In this document: piece after piece, positions 52,001 through 60,578 of the stretch
Layout: every line of letters begins with the position of its first letter
Numbering within the stretch: the first letter of the stretch is position 1
NCBI GenBank assembly: GCA_902625325.1
Contig: CACOAW010000002.1
Location: 14,971 to 78,970 of the forward strand
Source: an uncultured Candidatus Poseidoniales archaeon
Lineage (GTDB): Archaea > Thermoplasmatota > Poseidoniia > Poseidoniales > Thalassarchaeaceae
Direction: 5' to 3'
DNA: 64,000 nucleotides
Program-made: the position numbers and the translations under genes
The notes under the pieces: generated by a model
Told to the model about the DNA's origin: nothing
What the model saw: the letters and a program-made list of their open reading frames with translations, nothing else
The model's database searches: none

Positions 52001-53997
52001 TCGGACCTGTGAACGTGATCCTACGGTTCGAGGAAAACCTGCCTCACGAGGGTTGCGAGCCCATAGACGCAGGGAGCCTGTCCACATCCGGAGCATGGGA
52101 CCCCTGCGTGACCATCCTCAACAGTGATCACTTCAGGAAGGTACTGCAGTTCCAAGTAGATGGGTTCAGCCTCATCGGGAACACGGATCTGCAAGTAGAC
52201 CAGCAGATAGTCTACACCTCTGAGATAGACCTGGATACGGGAGAGATACTTGAGAAGCCGATGATAGTGACCGGACAGTTAACCGATGAGCTCGGAGGAA
52301 ACCTGTCAAACAGACAAATCAGAGTCACATTCGAGATGGGATCTATGGTATTCGACCCTGTCGAGAATCGGATGAAATTCCGTGCAGGAGATGGCGGCAT
52401 AGAGGCCTGTATCCCTGGGGCGACCGATGAGAACGGATTCTTCGACATCAACTGCCCTATGACAGGCGTCGACGCAGGAATGGCCAAGGTGAAGATAGAG
52501 TACAATGCATGGGACCCGCTAAATAATGACAGATACAGATACAAGAACAAGACACAAGCAATGTTCTTCCCCGTCTTCTCCAACTCTACGATCGAAGTAT
52601 CGGAAGTAGGTCCGTTCAGGTCAGACTACCTGACATACACCTTCCCGAACGGCTCAACCTTCGAAGTTCTGTACCTGAAGGAGGCATTCCACATCAATGC
52701 CAGACTCTCCCAGTCAAACGGAAAGCCAGTCGGTGGGAAGTGCGTCAACATTTACCTAGATCCAGAAGTAAACACCAGGCCAATAGCCACAGCATTCACC
52801 GCTGGTGGAACCGGTGAGTTTGTTTGGTACTCAGCAGATCCAGATGATAACCCCAGTAGGAGGGGAGTTGAGCCCAGCGGAAACAACCTCGAGGGTTTCC
52901 GCACCGTCAGAGTTGCTTACGAGCCAGAACGGTACGTACCAGGGGGCTGCGACTACGAAGTACTGGAACCAAACCCGGTTCTGAATAGCTCGGTAGTCGA
53001 CGTCGAAGTCTTAGTGAGAAGCAAGGTTGACATTCTGCTGAAGCAGCACTGGTCAAGCCCCGCTGGATACCAAGAGGGCGATATTATCGCTGGGGAGGTT
53101 GCAATCCTCAGAGACAGGCTGGATCTCACTGTTGAGGGTCAGAGAGTAGAATTCCACCGACAGTTCTGGAATGAATCCGGAGAGTGGCAGACAGAGCGCG
53201 TGGAGATACTTATCACCAATGAGAGGGGCTCTGCGAACTTCTCCTTCCCGTACACTGGTGAAATTATTCCCGGACACCCGGAGTGGAGCGCCCCAGGAGG
53301 TAAATGGAGGGTTTTGGTCCACTTCGAATCAGTAGACGCGAACAAACCCTACTTCGTGGAAAAGTGGCTCAATAGCACCCCGGAAATAAAACTTGGAGAG
53401 GGCACCTCTTCGACTTCGGGCGGGCTCTGGACTACCCAGGTGCTAATCCTCGCCGGAATATCACTCTCAACAGTGGCACTGGTGGGTGCGATGATGTACA
53501 ATAACTACAGGGAGAGAAGAAAGGTCGAGGTCCTCCGAGGCATACTGACCGACGCGCTAATGTCCCTAAAGGCCTCGAACAATTACATCGAGGCGATCTT
53601 CTCCTGCTACAAGGACCTCATCAAGTACTTCAGGATGAGAGGCGCCATGAAGAAGGTATTCGAGACCACCAGAGAGTTCGAGGATGTCATCAACAAAATG
53701 CTCGGAGGAATAGTGCCCCCAGAGGAAATCGACTCCTTCTTCTCGATATTCGAGGAGGCTCGCTACTCTGATCACGACATAGGATCGGAGGAGAGGGACA
53801 GGGCGATACAGATATTCCAGTCGATGATTGGTAGGATGAACAGATCTCTCGGAGATAGCCTGCTTACAAGGGAAGCAGTTGGCGAATCCTCGTTGTACGG
53901 TGCCTCGGTGAAGGCAGGGCAGTTCGTCGATGCAGATGGAAACATTAGGTTCGCCGGAGTAGATGATGCAGAGGAAAACGACGGTTTCAAAATCTGA
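46087..53997 (+). CDS. Giant membrane-anchored protein: thrombospondin-type-3-like Ca-binding repeats, Ig-like stalk, TM, DUF4129-like tail
   Basis: Signal peptide; dozens of DxDxDG motifs ~46435-49735; TM 53440-53499; FEEARYS. Confidence 0.85.
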   Translation: MNVKLERKTQKKIIPAFSMIAIMLLSPQISLLLNTDDSPEKGSRVEPPKRTAYQQLEQLGGSVQGGNQNSPSMMSQFQTAAYQDPFYNDPAALYGKVSDPSALALDPMYGFFLEETNTDDHDNDGIDDLNDLDDDNDGINDLIERFDGCFGTDPLDHDNDGVRDEFDWDDDNDGILEGPIDYDQGNDPWNVTSDRYVEPLTKHPWTGDEVGFNYLVDQNPMDHDNDGITDEDVDGSGRGSYDEDDDNDGRIDQFVWPCDFDSDGIQDYFDDDDDNDGVSDISDIHPWDPLQNSSIETAPDILWDSWVRWDPEDYGEYVDGLDYVALHALEHPREQAFSEIVDGDLDGDGIPNFLDPDNDNDGAPDSSDTDDDNDGLADMYDVDDDNDGIPDSCRQLDTNGDGQGDYPSQAFNGAVVAIQVPGTDCEIDYDGDLDDDRFRAIDADYDMVWDWIDPDMGGTTNPDNLQGGSQPWDLDDDGIPNEEDPYPMNSTAEVATWDCASVANPNPQDPSDNCVLWRTSYTGFNDWDGDGLNNWVDMDDDNDGILDWLDIDPDCDLDNDADLHELNGSMFRDDGANDIDTDVDGDGLQNDEDWDDDNDGINDFFDPDDGNCGVVDIDNTDNFYGNSWPQGDGDAIDGSEDGDAYVAVPNYYWNLTWGFNPFNTNNSFMLDYNGYDPNNFDDPSGIIPEMYWTLMMKWSPYNGDNFFDIDSDGDSLVNGIDVDQDGDGMPDWWDQDEGNDGVLDVDDVKMGGTLDGNSCGTVILSATTERFCGHIYAFQYKAPLLTPTQSGGQSFTVPYSSRPDSEWDDGAYDGTNHPTGMGSCDSNCFWFTFDPTSNPTPSVAYTYNDIKNNRDLWIAYLGVTVFGFFQWTSDANNNFFPDEIADDLNDDVDPDVDCGQPMPEVSWTPSCMYNNTNDLDDDWDIVYDHFDVDDDNDGIWDYFEIDSNDDLDDDSGIEEPYYFTGSNCEDNDDDGLDTDPDDDGIYQAVWDKGVLGQALLFPEYYDVDNDNDGVPDGEDPDDDNNGLLDEAQEAFEGCFTGEEQSPWDHDNDGIVNWADDDWDGDGISNSLELQNLNDTNGTADPIDDTCCLNFPIAPWDHDNDGIRDDIDEDDDYDGMKDEDEVMLWPSRYGTESTNPWDHDDFGGGVGLANPNNNSTGPDYFDVDDDNDGRADLDWNNPSSGDWATPSNKIEESSGWSSDWDSDNDGILDNDDKIPTRITLNAPSVLWLDENRPVIFNGSVFWLDDTGFVPAPDLPVQVHIRYSTNGTSVIETIDVLTDDNGEYIVGQFLFPEDIDVGPNSTYEVYSEVTEMFVHDYSSTLSDTDGDGIGDSGMPVEVRANTTIGFVSGERFRSDEQPLKLDFKVHYSADYNRGIFDNRLPYAPVSFTISDPGPQFGNITHPTVYDGYGNGYRADAGGWVSLAYNQSLDVWEQVQWNSLLDNGPGVPTGGYEEIVWNPCGPLNPVGSHSVIAPYEYKNTSLPVGDYTFIGFSRPDLGGCTDDSYEWPWSHLEGSETDAFYIRSMHRMFIEAEMSAASFRPVYFWDSTQFTGSSFGAWRALFHAPSLANANMTYQEASLGKPYPLLWDGTPSGLSGIAAGALAPFLSSDGINWTITMQNAADFDSPPCGPVDPLDPSSQIRCEIVPEIFAGESVRVRGHVWNKTMVPVTDFDGDGAKDPIAVQIDLDYNGIFAGSIETRVNQRLDIDTEGLATFDHDIIWDPYWPASTYGFRADFGQADYFFTGEQAGVLAATGAYGNVSVIGSTDFLMTSLTRLYRGQNATVEARLIDNAGLPVREAPVNWSWSEDQSSGVVFTDNNGIFRVNLTDIDTLGNFSLSFTYLGDKFRLGSTDSVDMWVVSRTFINVQSTSPNIRSNGDLWEFTAVVTDDNRTPFDKDGGQVLNSCEGEMQNPEGYDLGGNVTVIFEGIDFEDRTHRQIVSVECPASGSIGYGQYLDPQLLKDDPFSFLPDGFGPVNVILRFEENLPHEGCEPIDAGSLSTSGAWDPCVTILNSDHFRKVLQFQVDGFSLIGNTDLQVDQQIVYTSEIDLDTGEILEKPMIVTGQLTDELGGNLSNRQIRVTFEMGSMVFDPVENRMKFRAGDGGIEACIPGATDENGFFDINCPMTGVDAGMAKVKIEYNAWDPLNNDRYRYKNKTQAMFFPVFSNSTIEVSEVGPFRSDYLTYTFPNGSTFEVLYLKEAFHINARLSQSNGKPVGGKCVNIYLDPEVNTRPIATAFTAGGTGEFVWYSADPDDNPSRRGVEPSGNNLEGFRTVRVAYEPERYVPGGCDYEVLEPNPVLNSSVVDVEVLVRSKVDILLKQHWSSPAGYQEGDIIAGEVAILRDRLDLTVEGQRVEFHRQFWNESGEWQTERVEILITNERGSANFSFPYTGEIIPGHPEWSAPGGKWRVLVHFESVDANKPYFVEKWLNSTPEIKLGEGTSSTSGGLWTTQVLILAGISLSTVALVGAMMYNNYRERRKVEVLRGILTDALMSLKASNNYIEAIFSCYKDLIKYFRMRGAMKKVFETTREFEDVINKMLGGIVPPEEIDSFFSIFEEARYSDHDIGSEERDRAIQIFQSMIGRMNRSLGDSLLTREAVGESSLYGASVKAGQFVDADGNIRFAGVDDAEENDGFKI
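46435..49735 (+). repeat. Asp-rich DxD(N/G)DG protein repeat region
   Basis: Recurrent DDDNDG, DHDNDG and PWD motifs; degenerate at DNA level. Confidence 0.85.
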
Positions 53998-54098
53998 GAC
54001 ACTGAGTAGATCCACTGTCCTGACGCCCCTACAGGGCGCCCGCAGGATTCATAACACCGACTTTGGTGGCCGCGGTACCTGATTAGGGGAAGGATACT

Positions 54099-54464
54099 AT
54101 GGGTAAGCAAGAGAGGAAGACCAACTCAGCGCTAGTTTCGCTCATAGGGGACCTGAAGGACCACAGCAGAACAACCGGCTCTCCAATATGGAGGGACACC
54201 GCCTCTAGGTTAGAGACCAGTAGGAAAAACTGGGCAGAACCCAATCTTAGCCATATCTCCAGGCACTCTGCAAAAAAGGAGACAGTACTGGTGCCCGGCA
54301 AGGTACTTGGCAGCGGAAGCATCAGCGGAGGGCAGACGGTCGCCGCCTTCAGCTTCAGCGATGGAGCCAGGAGCAAGATAGAGGCCTCCGGAGGGAGGAC
54401 TCTCAGCATTCGCGAGCTTATGGACGAGAATCCCAACGGCAAGGGGGTGAGGATCCTTGTCTGA
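54099..54464 (+). CDS. rpl18e: 50S ribosomal protein L18e
   Basis: KTN, VPGKVLGSG, AAFSFS..A..KI. Confidence 0.95.
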   Translation: MGKQERKTNSALVSLIGDLKDHSRTTGSPIWRDTASRLETSRKNWAEPNLSHISRHSAKKETVLVPGKVLGSGSISGGQTVAAFSFSDGARSKIEASGGRTLSIRELMDENPNGKGVRILV

Positions 54465-54939
54465 GAAAACTATGGTATACGATGCCAAGGACAAGATTCT
54501 TGGCAGGCTAGCCAGTCAAGTAGCAAAAGAGATGATTTCTGCCAGGAAGTCAGGCAAGCAGCAGAGGGTCATCATAATCAACGCAGAGGACGCCATTGTT
54601 TCGGGACCCAGAACCAAGGTACTAAGCGACTACAGGGCAAAATACAATCTCAACCACGCCAGAAAAGGGCCGTTTTTCCCAAGGATGCCTGACAAGATAG
54701 TCAAGAGGACAGTCAGGGGGATGCTCCCGTATCAGAAGAGTAGCAGCGGAAGGGGGGCACTAAGGGACCTCAGAGTCATGATAGGGACTCCCAAAAACCT
54801 CTCTCTGGAAGAACTCCCGGATGGACACGAGTGGGGGCCAACAGAGAACATTGTTCGCGATACCCCCAATAAGTACGTCAGACTGGGAGAGATAAGTTCC
54901 CACCTTGGAGTGGATGCAGGTAGATGGGCTGGTGAGTGA
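54457..54939 (+). CDS. rpl13: 50S ribosomal protein L13
   Basis: [24 protein letters not shown]. Confidence 0.95.
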   Translation: MSEKTMVYDAKDKILGRLASQVAKEMISARKSGKQQRVIIINAEDAIVSGPRTKVLSDYRAKYNLNHARKGPFFPRMPDKIVKRTVRGMLPYQKSSSGRGALRDLRVMIGTPKNLSLEELPDGHEWGPTENIVRDTPNKYVRLGEISSHLGVDAGRWAGE

Positions 54940-54940
54940 A

Positions 54941-55378
54941 TTGGCAAGGAAAAAGCGCACCAAGGTGGTCAACACCAGTGGAAAGAGAAAGACCGCGATA
55001 GCCAGAGCCACTCTAAAACCCGGCAAGGGAAGGGTAAGAATCAACGGTCACCCAATCCACATCCTCGAACCCGAACTCGCTCGCAGGAAGGCACTAGAAC
55101 CAATTAGAATCGCAGAGGCAATGAACAGAATAGACAGAGTAGACATCTCCGTCGATGTGAAGGGCGGAGGACAGATGGGACAAGTGGACGCCATCAGGAC
55201 CGCCATAGCCCGCGGCCTGGTGAAGTACAACGATGGAGCCGAGGGCGATGACGAGGAGCTAAGGGACGAGTTCGTACGTTTCGAGAGGAAGATTCTGGTG
55301 AACGACCCCAGAAGAAAGGAACCCAAGCATCAAATGGGTAGAGGCGCTCGAAAGAAGTGGCAGAAGTCGTACAGGTAG
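54941..55378 (+). CDS. rps9: 30S ribosomal protein S9
   Basis: [30 protein letters not shown]; TTG start after GGTGA SD (or GTG 54932). Confidence 0.95.
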   Translation: MARKKRTKVVNTSGKRKTAIARATLKPGKGRVRINGHPIHILEPELARRKALEPIRIAEAMNRIDRVDISVDVKGGGQMGQVDAIRTAIARGLVKYNDGAEGDDEELRDEFVRFERKILVNDPRRKEPKHQMGRGARKKWQKSYR

Positions 55379-55386
55379 GTGGAAAG

Positions 55387-55593
55387 ATGCTAATACCGGT
55401 CAGATGTTGGAGTTGCGGTAAGGTCATAGCCCACAAGTACGAGGAGTATCGGAATGCTCTCGCGGAGGGCAAGGATGCCGGAGAGGTCCTCGATGACCTT
55501 GGATTCAACTTGTACTGCTGCAGAAGAATGTTCGTGGGGCACATCGACCTTATCGACGAGGTCGCTCCCTTCAGCATCGACAGACAGCAGTAA
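55387..55593 (+). CDS. rpo10: RNA polymerase subunit Rpo10/N
   Basis: MLIPVRCWSCGK, LDDLG..YCCRRM. Confidence 0.96.
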   Translation: MLIPVRCWSCGKVIAHKYEEYRNALAEGKDAGEVLDDLGFNLYCCRRMFVGHIDLIDEVAPFSIDRQQ

Positions 55594-55610
55594 GCCCTCC
55601 GTCAGGGCTT
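55592..55610 (+). other. Hairpin between rpo10 stop and tRNA-Pro
   Basis: Perfect 7-bp inverted repeat AAGCCCT-CCGTC-AGGGCTT; function unknown. Confidence 0.35.
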
Positions 55611-55643
55611 TGACTGAACGCTCACTCGCATCGAGCCCAATTG

Positions 55644-55721
55644 GGGCCTGTAGGTTAGTTTGGCCTATACTTCGCGGCTGGGGGTCGCGCGACCCAGGTT
55701 CAAATCCTGGCAGGCCCACCA
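55644..55721 (+). tRNA. tRNA-Pro(GGG)
   Basis: GGGCCTG...CAGGCCC-A-CCA; anticodon arm CGCGG-CTGGGGG-TCGCG; conserved position after rpoN. Confidence 0.95.
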
Positions 55722-55778
55722 TCGGGAAAGGACCGAGAAAATGGTCAGTTTGAAGGTCATCCCCCCCTTTGCATCGTC

Positions 55779-57890
55779 ATGGGTTCTACGAATTCCGCCG
55801 AGGGGACCCCCGATGCCCGGGTTGACTGGCTAGCAGAGCAATTAGAGAGGCACTCAGACCTCTACTACAACAAAGCGGAACCCGAGATATCAGATGCAGA
55901 TTTCGATGCATTAAGAGACGAGCTGCACCTCCTATCTCCCGATCACCCCCAACTGAGCAGGGTGGGCTCAGATCCACCTCCAGGCTCTGAAAAGATCGAC
56001 CACCTATTCAGAATGATGAGTCTGGACAAGGCTAATTCGGATGAAGAGGTGTCTCACTTCGTTTCCGAGACCACCGCCAGTGGCCGGCGGTTCGTTTGCC
56101 AACCGAAGCTCGATGGCTCAGCCCTCTCATTGGAATATCGTCGAGGCCGACTAATCAGAGCCGCCACCAGGGGCAATGGCAGGAGAGGGGAGGACGTGAC
56201 GGCAAACGCGAGAAAGATGATGAACGTCCCAGAGAAACTCGGATGGGACGGAGACTGTCACGTGAGAGGAGAGGTAGTAATGCCTCTGCAAGTATTCAGA
56301 GAGAAATACTCAGAGGTTGCGCCTAATCCGAGGAATCTAGCCGCAGGAGCACTTAGGCAGAAGTATGCCGATGCAGGCAAGGGAAGCCCGAGAGACTTGA
56401 AGTTCCTTGCCTACGGTGTTGAGTTCCCGAGCGACAAGGACCGCCATCCAGACAGTCCTGAGCCCCCAGTATTCAAACTCGACTCGGAGATAATCTCATG
56501 GATCGGCGAGATGGGGATTCAGGTGGCAGGAAACCATGTGGTTTCAGGTGACGACGACACCACCACCACAGAATCCATACTGGCAGTGACAAGGGAGTGG
56601 CTCGAGACGAGAGACTCTGCAGACTGGGAAATAGATGGGGTCGTGATCAAACTAGACAGGCTGGATAAGCGCAGCCTCCTGGGCGAAACCGCACATCACC
56701 CTCGGTGGGCACTGGCATGGAAATTCCCTGCCGAGGAGGCGGTAACGGTGCTGATGGACGTCTTCTGGCAGACCGGGAGGACGGGTAACGTCACCCCGGT
56801 TTCGCGCGTAGCACCGGTGGTAGTTTCAGGAGTTACCGTTGAGAATACGACACTCCACAACAAGGGCGAGGTTGAGAGACTCGGGATAATGATTGGGGAC
56901 AAGGTGAGAGTGGTTAGAAGGGGGGACGTAATACCAAAAATCACTGAGGTCATTGGACCGGCCCACGACAGCGACCTCATTGGCAGGTCCCATTCAGATG
57001 GAATCCCTTTCTCAGAACCACTACCTTCTAGGCGCAAGATTCCAGTTCCCGAAAGATGCCCAAGATGTTCCAGTGACCTAACTATCGATGGGGCATTCAT
57101 CAGATGTACCAATATAGACTGCCCATCGAGACTAGAGAGAGCAATACTGTACTGGTGCAGGAAGCTGGGCATGGATGGGATAGGCGAGAAGCTCGCAGAG
57201 CAACTTTGCTCATCGGGGCTTGTCACGAGTTTGGGGGACTTATATCGGTTGGAGGACAGGAAGCAGGAGCTAATCTCACTAGAGAGAATGGCCGAGAAGT
57301 CAGCCAGCAACATCCTCGAGGAATTGAACTCCACCAGAGCCATGACCTTCAGCAACTTCGTCTCAGCACTTGGACTACCTAGAATCGGTCCCGAGATAGC
57401 AACTCTTGTCTGTGCGGAGGTGAAGACTCTCGAAGAGCTGATACAGATGACCGAAGAAAGACAGGCGGCCATCCAGAGACTGGTTTCCATAGACAGGGTA
57501 GGAGAGACCGTGGCCAACCTTCTGCTGGACGGTATTTCCGATAGGAAAGAGTCGATAATCGACCTTTATGCGCAGGTGGAAATCGTCGAAGGAGAGCAGA
57601 TATCCGTCGATGGCTCCCTTTCCGGCTCTTCCTTCTGCATTACAGGCACTCTGAGCAGACCAAGAAAGGAGATTGCTCTTTCGATAAAGTCAGAGGGAGG
57701 CAAAGTCGTCTCGTCCGTCTCAGGGAACCTAGACTTCCTAGTCGCAGGAGAGTCATCGGGATCAAAGTTTGACAAGGCCAGCAGGCTTGGCGTCCGGATC
57801 ATATCGGAATCGGAGTTGGACGAGATGCTGGGGGGTTCAATACTGGAGGAGCTGCCCGAAGAGAGGCAGTCTACACTCGGCGAGTTTTGA
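55779..57890 (+). CDS. ligA: NAD+-dependent DNA ligase (bacterial type)
   Basis: YYN, MMSLDK, PKLDG, NPRNLAAG, DGVVIK, RRGDVIP, Zn finger, HhH, BRCT. Confidence 0.96.
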   Translation: MGSTNSAEGTPDARVDWLAEQLERHSDLYYNKAEPEISDADFDALRDELHLLSPDHPQLSRVGSDPPPGSEKIDHLFRMMSLDKANSDEEVSHFVSETTASGRRFVCQPKLDGSALSLEYRRGRLIRAATRGNGRRGEDVTANARKMMNVPEKLGWDGDCHVRGEVVMPLQVFREKYSEVAPNPRNLAAGALRQKYADAGKGSPRDLKFLAYGVEFPSDKDRHPDSPEPPVFKLDSEIISWIGEMGIQVAGNHVVSGDDDTTTTESILAVTREWLETRDSADWEIDGVVIKLDRLDKRSLLGETAHHPRWALAWKFPAEEAVTVLMDVFWQTGRTGNVTPVSRVAPVVVSGVTVENTTLHNKGEVERLGIMIGDKVRVVRRGDVIPKITEVIGPAHDSDLIGRSHSDGIPFSEPLPSRRKIPVPERCPRCSSDLTIDGAFIRCTNIDCPSRLERAILYWCRKLGMDGIGEKLAEQLCSSGLVTSLGDLYRLEDRKQELISLERMAEKSASNILEELNSTRAMTFSNFVSALGLPRIGPEIATLVCAEVKTLEELIQMTEERQAAIQRLVSIDRVGETVANLLLDGISDRKESIIDLYAQVEIVEGEQISVDGSLSGSSFCITGTLSRPRKEIALSIKSEGGKVVSSVSGNLDFLVAGESSGSKFDKASRLGVRIISESELDEMLGGSILEELPEERQSTLGEF

Positions 57891-58694
57891 TCATCCGTAC
57901 ATCCCAGTAGAAGCACCGCTACTCTCCTGTGGGGGATTCAGGTGCACAGCCATCATCTCACGTATCTGCCCCTCTATCCTCTGAGCCTCCTCCATTAGGG
58001 GTTCTGGATCCAGATGGACTGCAGGTAGAAGTCCGTCTAGGCACGCGATTATTCCCGCTGCTGCACGGGCATCGGGAATCGTCCCTTGGCCAATCTCTCC
58101 ATCCGACTCTGCTAGTATCGCCAGTGCGTCAATCCCTCTTCTCCTACACTCTCCCATCATCACTCCGGTCATGCCCCCCACTACTCCTTGTTTCAGAAGA
58201 GGAACGCCGATTCCCTTGAGCACGTCGTGGGTAGAATCCGTGGATCCTAGCCCCAGAATCGAATCCGTCCCCGGATCTTCGTCGAAAATACTGTGCAGAC
58301 TCTCTATTCCGTGTGCGAATGAATCGACCATTATAGTAGAACTCACTCCCGAGTCCTCTATCCAGTCGATTATTCCAGATGATAATGGAAGATTGAGCTC
58401 AGATGGGATATGTATCTCCGATGCGATAAGTACCACCTTATCGCACTTCTCCATGTTGCATATGGGCTCTCCAGCATAGAATCTCAGCGGAGGCAGGGGC
58501 TTGCCATCTTGGACCAAGCACATCGGGGGGAGGTTTGGATGCCTGACGCCTCCGACGAGCTCTAAATCCAGCTTTTCCACCATGAAGTGTGCAACTATGC
58601 TGCTAACGAATCCTACTGACGGGAAACAACTAACCAGAAGAGCACCAGAAGCGTTCACGTCATCGCCGACCTCTACCAGAGGAGCCCCTTGCAT
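57891..58694 (-). CDS. Proteasome assembly chaperone PAC2 family
   Basis: FPSVGFVSSI, PLRFY, GGMTG, PDARAA, LMEEAQRIE. Confidence 0.85.
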   Translation of the reverse strand: MQGAPLVEVGDDVNASGALLVSCFPSVGFVSSIVAHFMVEKLDLELVGGVRHPNLPPMCLVQDGKPLPPLRFYAGEPICNMEKCDKVVLIASEIHIPSELNLPLSSGIIDWIEDSGVSSTIMVDSFAHGIESLHSIFDEDPGTDSILGLGSTDSTHDVLKGIGVPLLKQGVVGGMTGVMMGECRRRGIDALAILAESDGEIGQGTIPDARAAAGIIACLDGLLPAVHLDPEPLMEEAQRIEGQIREMMAVHLNPPQESSGASTGMYG

Positions 58695-58764
58695 GAATCT
58701 AGAAACCGCTCAATGGTGTTAATCGTTGTTACCGACCCGACTCGATTCCGAGGATAGTGGCGAG

Positions 58765-59916
58765 ATGGGAGGAACAACGTACGACTTCCAGATATCTCCG
58801 TCCTCATGGAACAGGTTTGAGGAATGTCCTAGGAAATACTGGCTTTCCAGACAGAGGCTCCCTCGAAAAGCGAGCATGGCTGCCTCAATGGGTACCGCCA
58901 TACACAACTCAGTTGAGGATCTGTGCAACTTGGATTTTTCCGGTAGGGAGCATGAAGAAATTGGTTGGTTCCATTATTCCTGTAGAGAGACTCTGCAGAA
59001 GAGGTGGGAGGAAGAAAGGAGATTATTCTCGGAGACTCCTAGACATCCTCGATGGAAGGATGAGTCATTCTCAGTAGCGCTCGACGGACTGTCCGGGGCT
59101 ATCTCCATACTTTTCGACAAGGCGATGCTTCCATTGGAGGAACTATCATCGGTCACCGTAAAGACATGGAAGCAGGTTCAGGATATTGTCGTCGCAACCG
59201 AAGCAAACCTGGAGTCCAAATGTGGACGATTGATAGGGCGACTAGATCTTCTTATCAAGGATCTTGAGGATGAGGATAATGGTGGATTAATCGTTGCTGA
59301 TTTGAAGACAGGAAAGCCACCGGAAAACGAACTTAGCGAGAAGGTAAGCAGGCAACTACTGTTCTACAGAGATATAATGAAGGAGAATGTAACTGAAAAT
59401 CAGGACCTTCGGGCGGAGGGTTGGTACTCTTCCAACAATACAGTTTACCGAGCCGAAGGACCGCCAATCTTGGAAGACGCCATAGGGGCATGGGAGATGA
59501 TGAAACTGACTGAAACCCCATTCCAGGCCACTCCTAGCGAAGATGCCTGTTCATTCTGCGAGTGGAAGGCATGGTGTCCCGGATGGTGGGAAGCGAAGTA
59601 CGAGGGAGAGCTCAGCCACGGAGGGATGTTCAGAGACGAGGTAGTGAGGCTGGTCAGGCTTGACCAAGAATCGGGCGCGGCTCTTTTCGAGCGAACGACT
59701 CCTGTAGGGGGCGATGGAGAACTGAGGGGGTCTGAACACCGCTTCGGGGCGCTCCTTAAGGGGAGATGTCTGGAAAAGATACGACAAATGGATCAGGCAG
59801 AACTAGACGGATACCTATTCCTGGGCAGTATCATGTTCGGTGGTAAGACCGCACGAATGGGGGACTGGTCGGAGATTCTCCCTTGGTCTCCTCTACTCCG
59901 GTCTGTGAGAAATTGA
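58765..59916 (+). CDS. PD-(D/E)XK nuclease, AddB/Cas4-like with Fe-S staple
   Basis: ECPRKYW, GTAIH, GRLDL, DLKTG, QLLFY, CSFCEWKAWC; start uncertain. Confidence 0.85.
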   Translation: MGGTTYDFQISPSSWNRFEECPRKYWLSRQRLPRKASMAASMGTAIHNSVEDLCNLDFSGREHEEIGWFHYSCRETLQKRWEEERRLFSETPRHPRWKDESFSVALDGLSGAISILFDKAMLPLEELSSVTVKTWKQVQDIVVATEANLESKCGRLIGRLDLLIKDLEDEDNGGLIVADLKTGKPPENELSEKVSRQLLFYRDIMKENVTENQDLRAEGWYSSNNTVYRAEGPPILEDAIGAWEMMKLTETPFQATPSEDACSFCEWKAWCPGWWEAKYEGELSHGGMFRDEVVRLVRLDQESGAALFERTTPVGGDGELRGSEHRFGALLKGRCLEKIRQMDQAELDGYLFLGSIMFGGKTARMGDWSEILPWSPLLRSVRN

Positions 59917-60480
59917 GTCCAAAACGCCTCGGGGGTCTCCCTCGAACCTTTCAGGAAAGTTTACCATGAATTTCCAAAGAAGGAGTAGGGTAGCCCCAGC
60001 ATCCGCATCTGCGCTATGGGATCTCTCAAGTGATATCCCGAAGCGTTCGCAAAGAACGCCTAACCTGTGCCCTCCCGGGATATCCAGGGTCCTTGCTAAC
60101 TCAAGAGTGTCCACCAAGGCTAGCGGAGAGGGCGCCTTTCTCCCAATTCGTATGCATTCCATTTCAAGGAACCTCCAGTCGAATGCTACGACATTATGGC
60201 CTACAATTATCGAACCTTCAATCATCTCGCAGACAGAGTCCAGGTGCGCACCGAAACTTTCCGCATCTATGACATCCTCGTCGAATATGCCATGTACGTT
60301 ACTAGACTCGACGGGAATCCTACACCCTGGGTTAACTAGCGATTGCATACTAAGTTTCGAGCCATCAGAATCACTGCCAACCAGTGCGAACTGCACCACT
60401 CTATCCTGCCTAGGATTGAACCCAGTGGTTTCCAAATCGAATCCAAGGACCCTGAACCCCTCAAGAAAATTAGAGACCAC
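59893..60480 (-). CDS. DEDDh 3'-5' exonuclease (DnaQ-like)
   Basis: DLETTG, GHNVVAFD, HSADADA. Confidence 0.92.
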   Translation of the reverse strand: MVSNFLEGFRVLGFDLETTGFNPRQDRVVQFALVGSDSDGSKLSMQSLVNPGCRIPVESSNVHGIFDEDVIDAESFGAHLDSVCEMIEGSIIVGHNVVAFDWRFLEMECIRIGRKAPSPLALVDTLELARTLDIPGGHRLGVLCERFGISLERSHSADADAGATLLLLWKFMVNFPERFEGDPRGVLDSISHRPE

Positions 60481-60578
60481 GATTCCCCGCTGCCGGCACC
60501 ATCCATGAACCCTACCAAAGCCATTCTAGGTGGTCTGCCGTCCAACATGCATATGAGTGACCTTCCATTTCTGGTAGT

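Noticed and set aside
58765-59916. CRISPR-Cas locus based on the Cas4-like gene
   Set aside because: No other cas genes or array in the window
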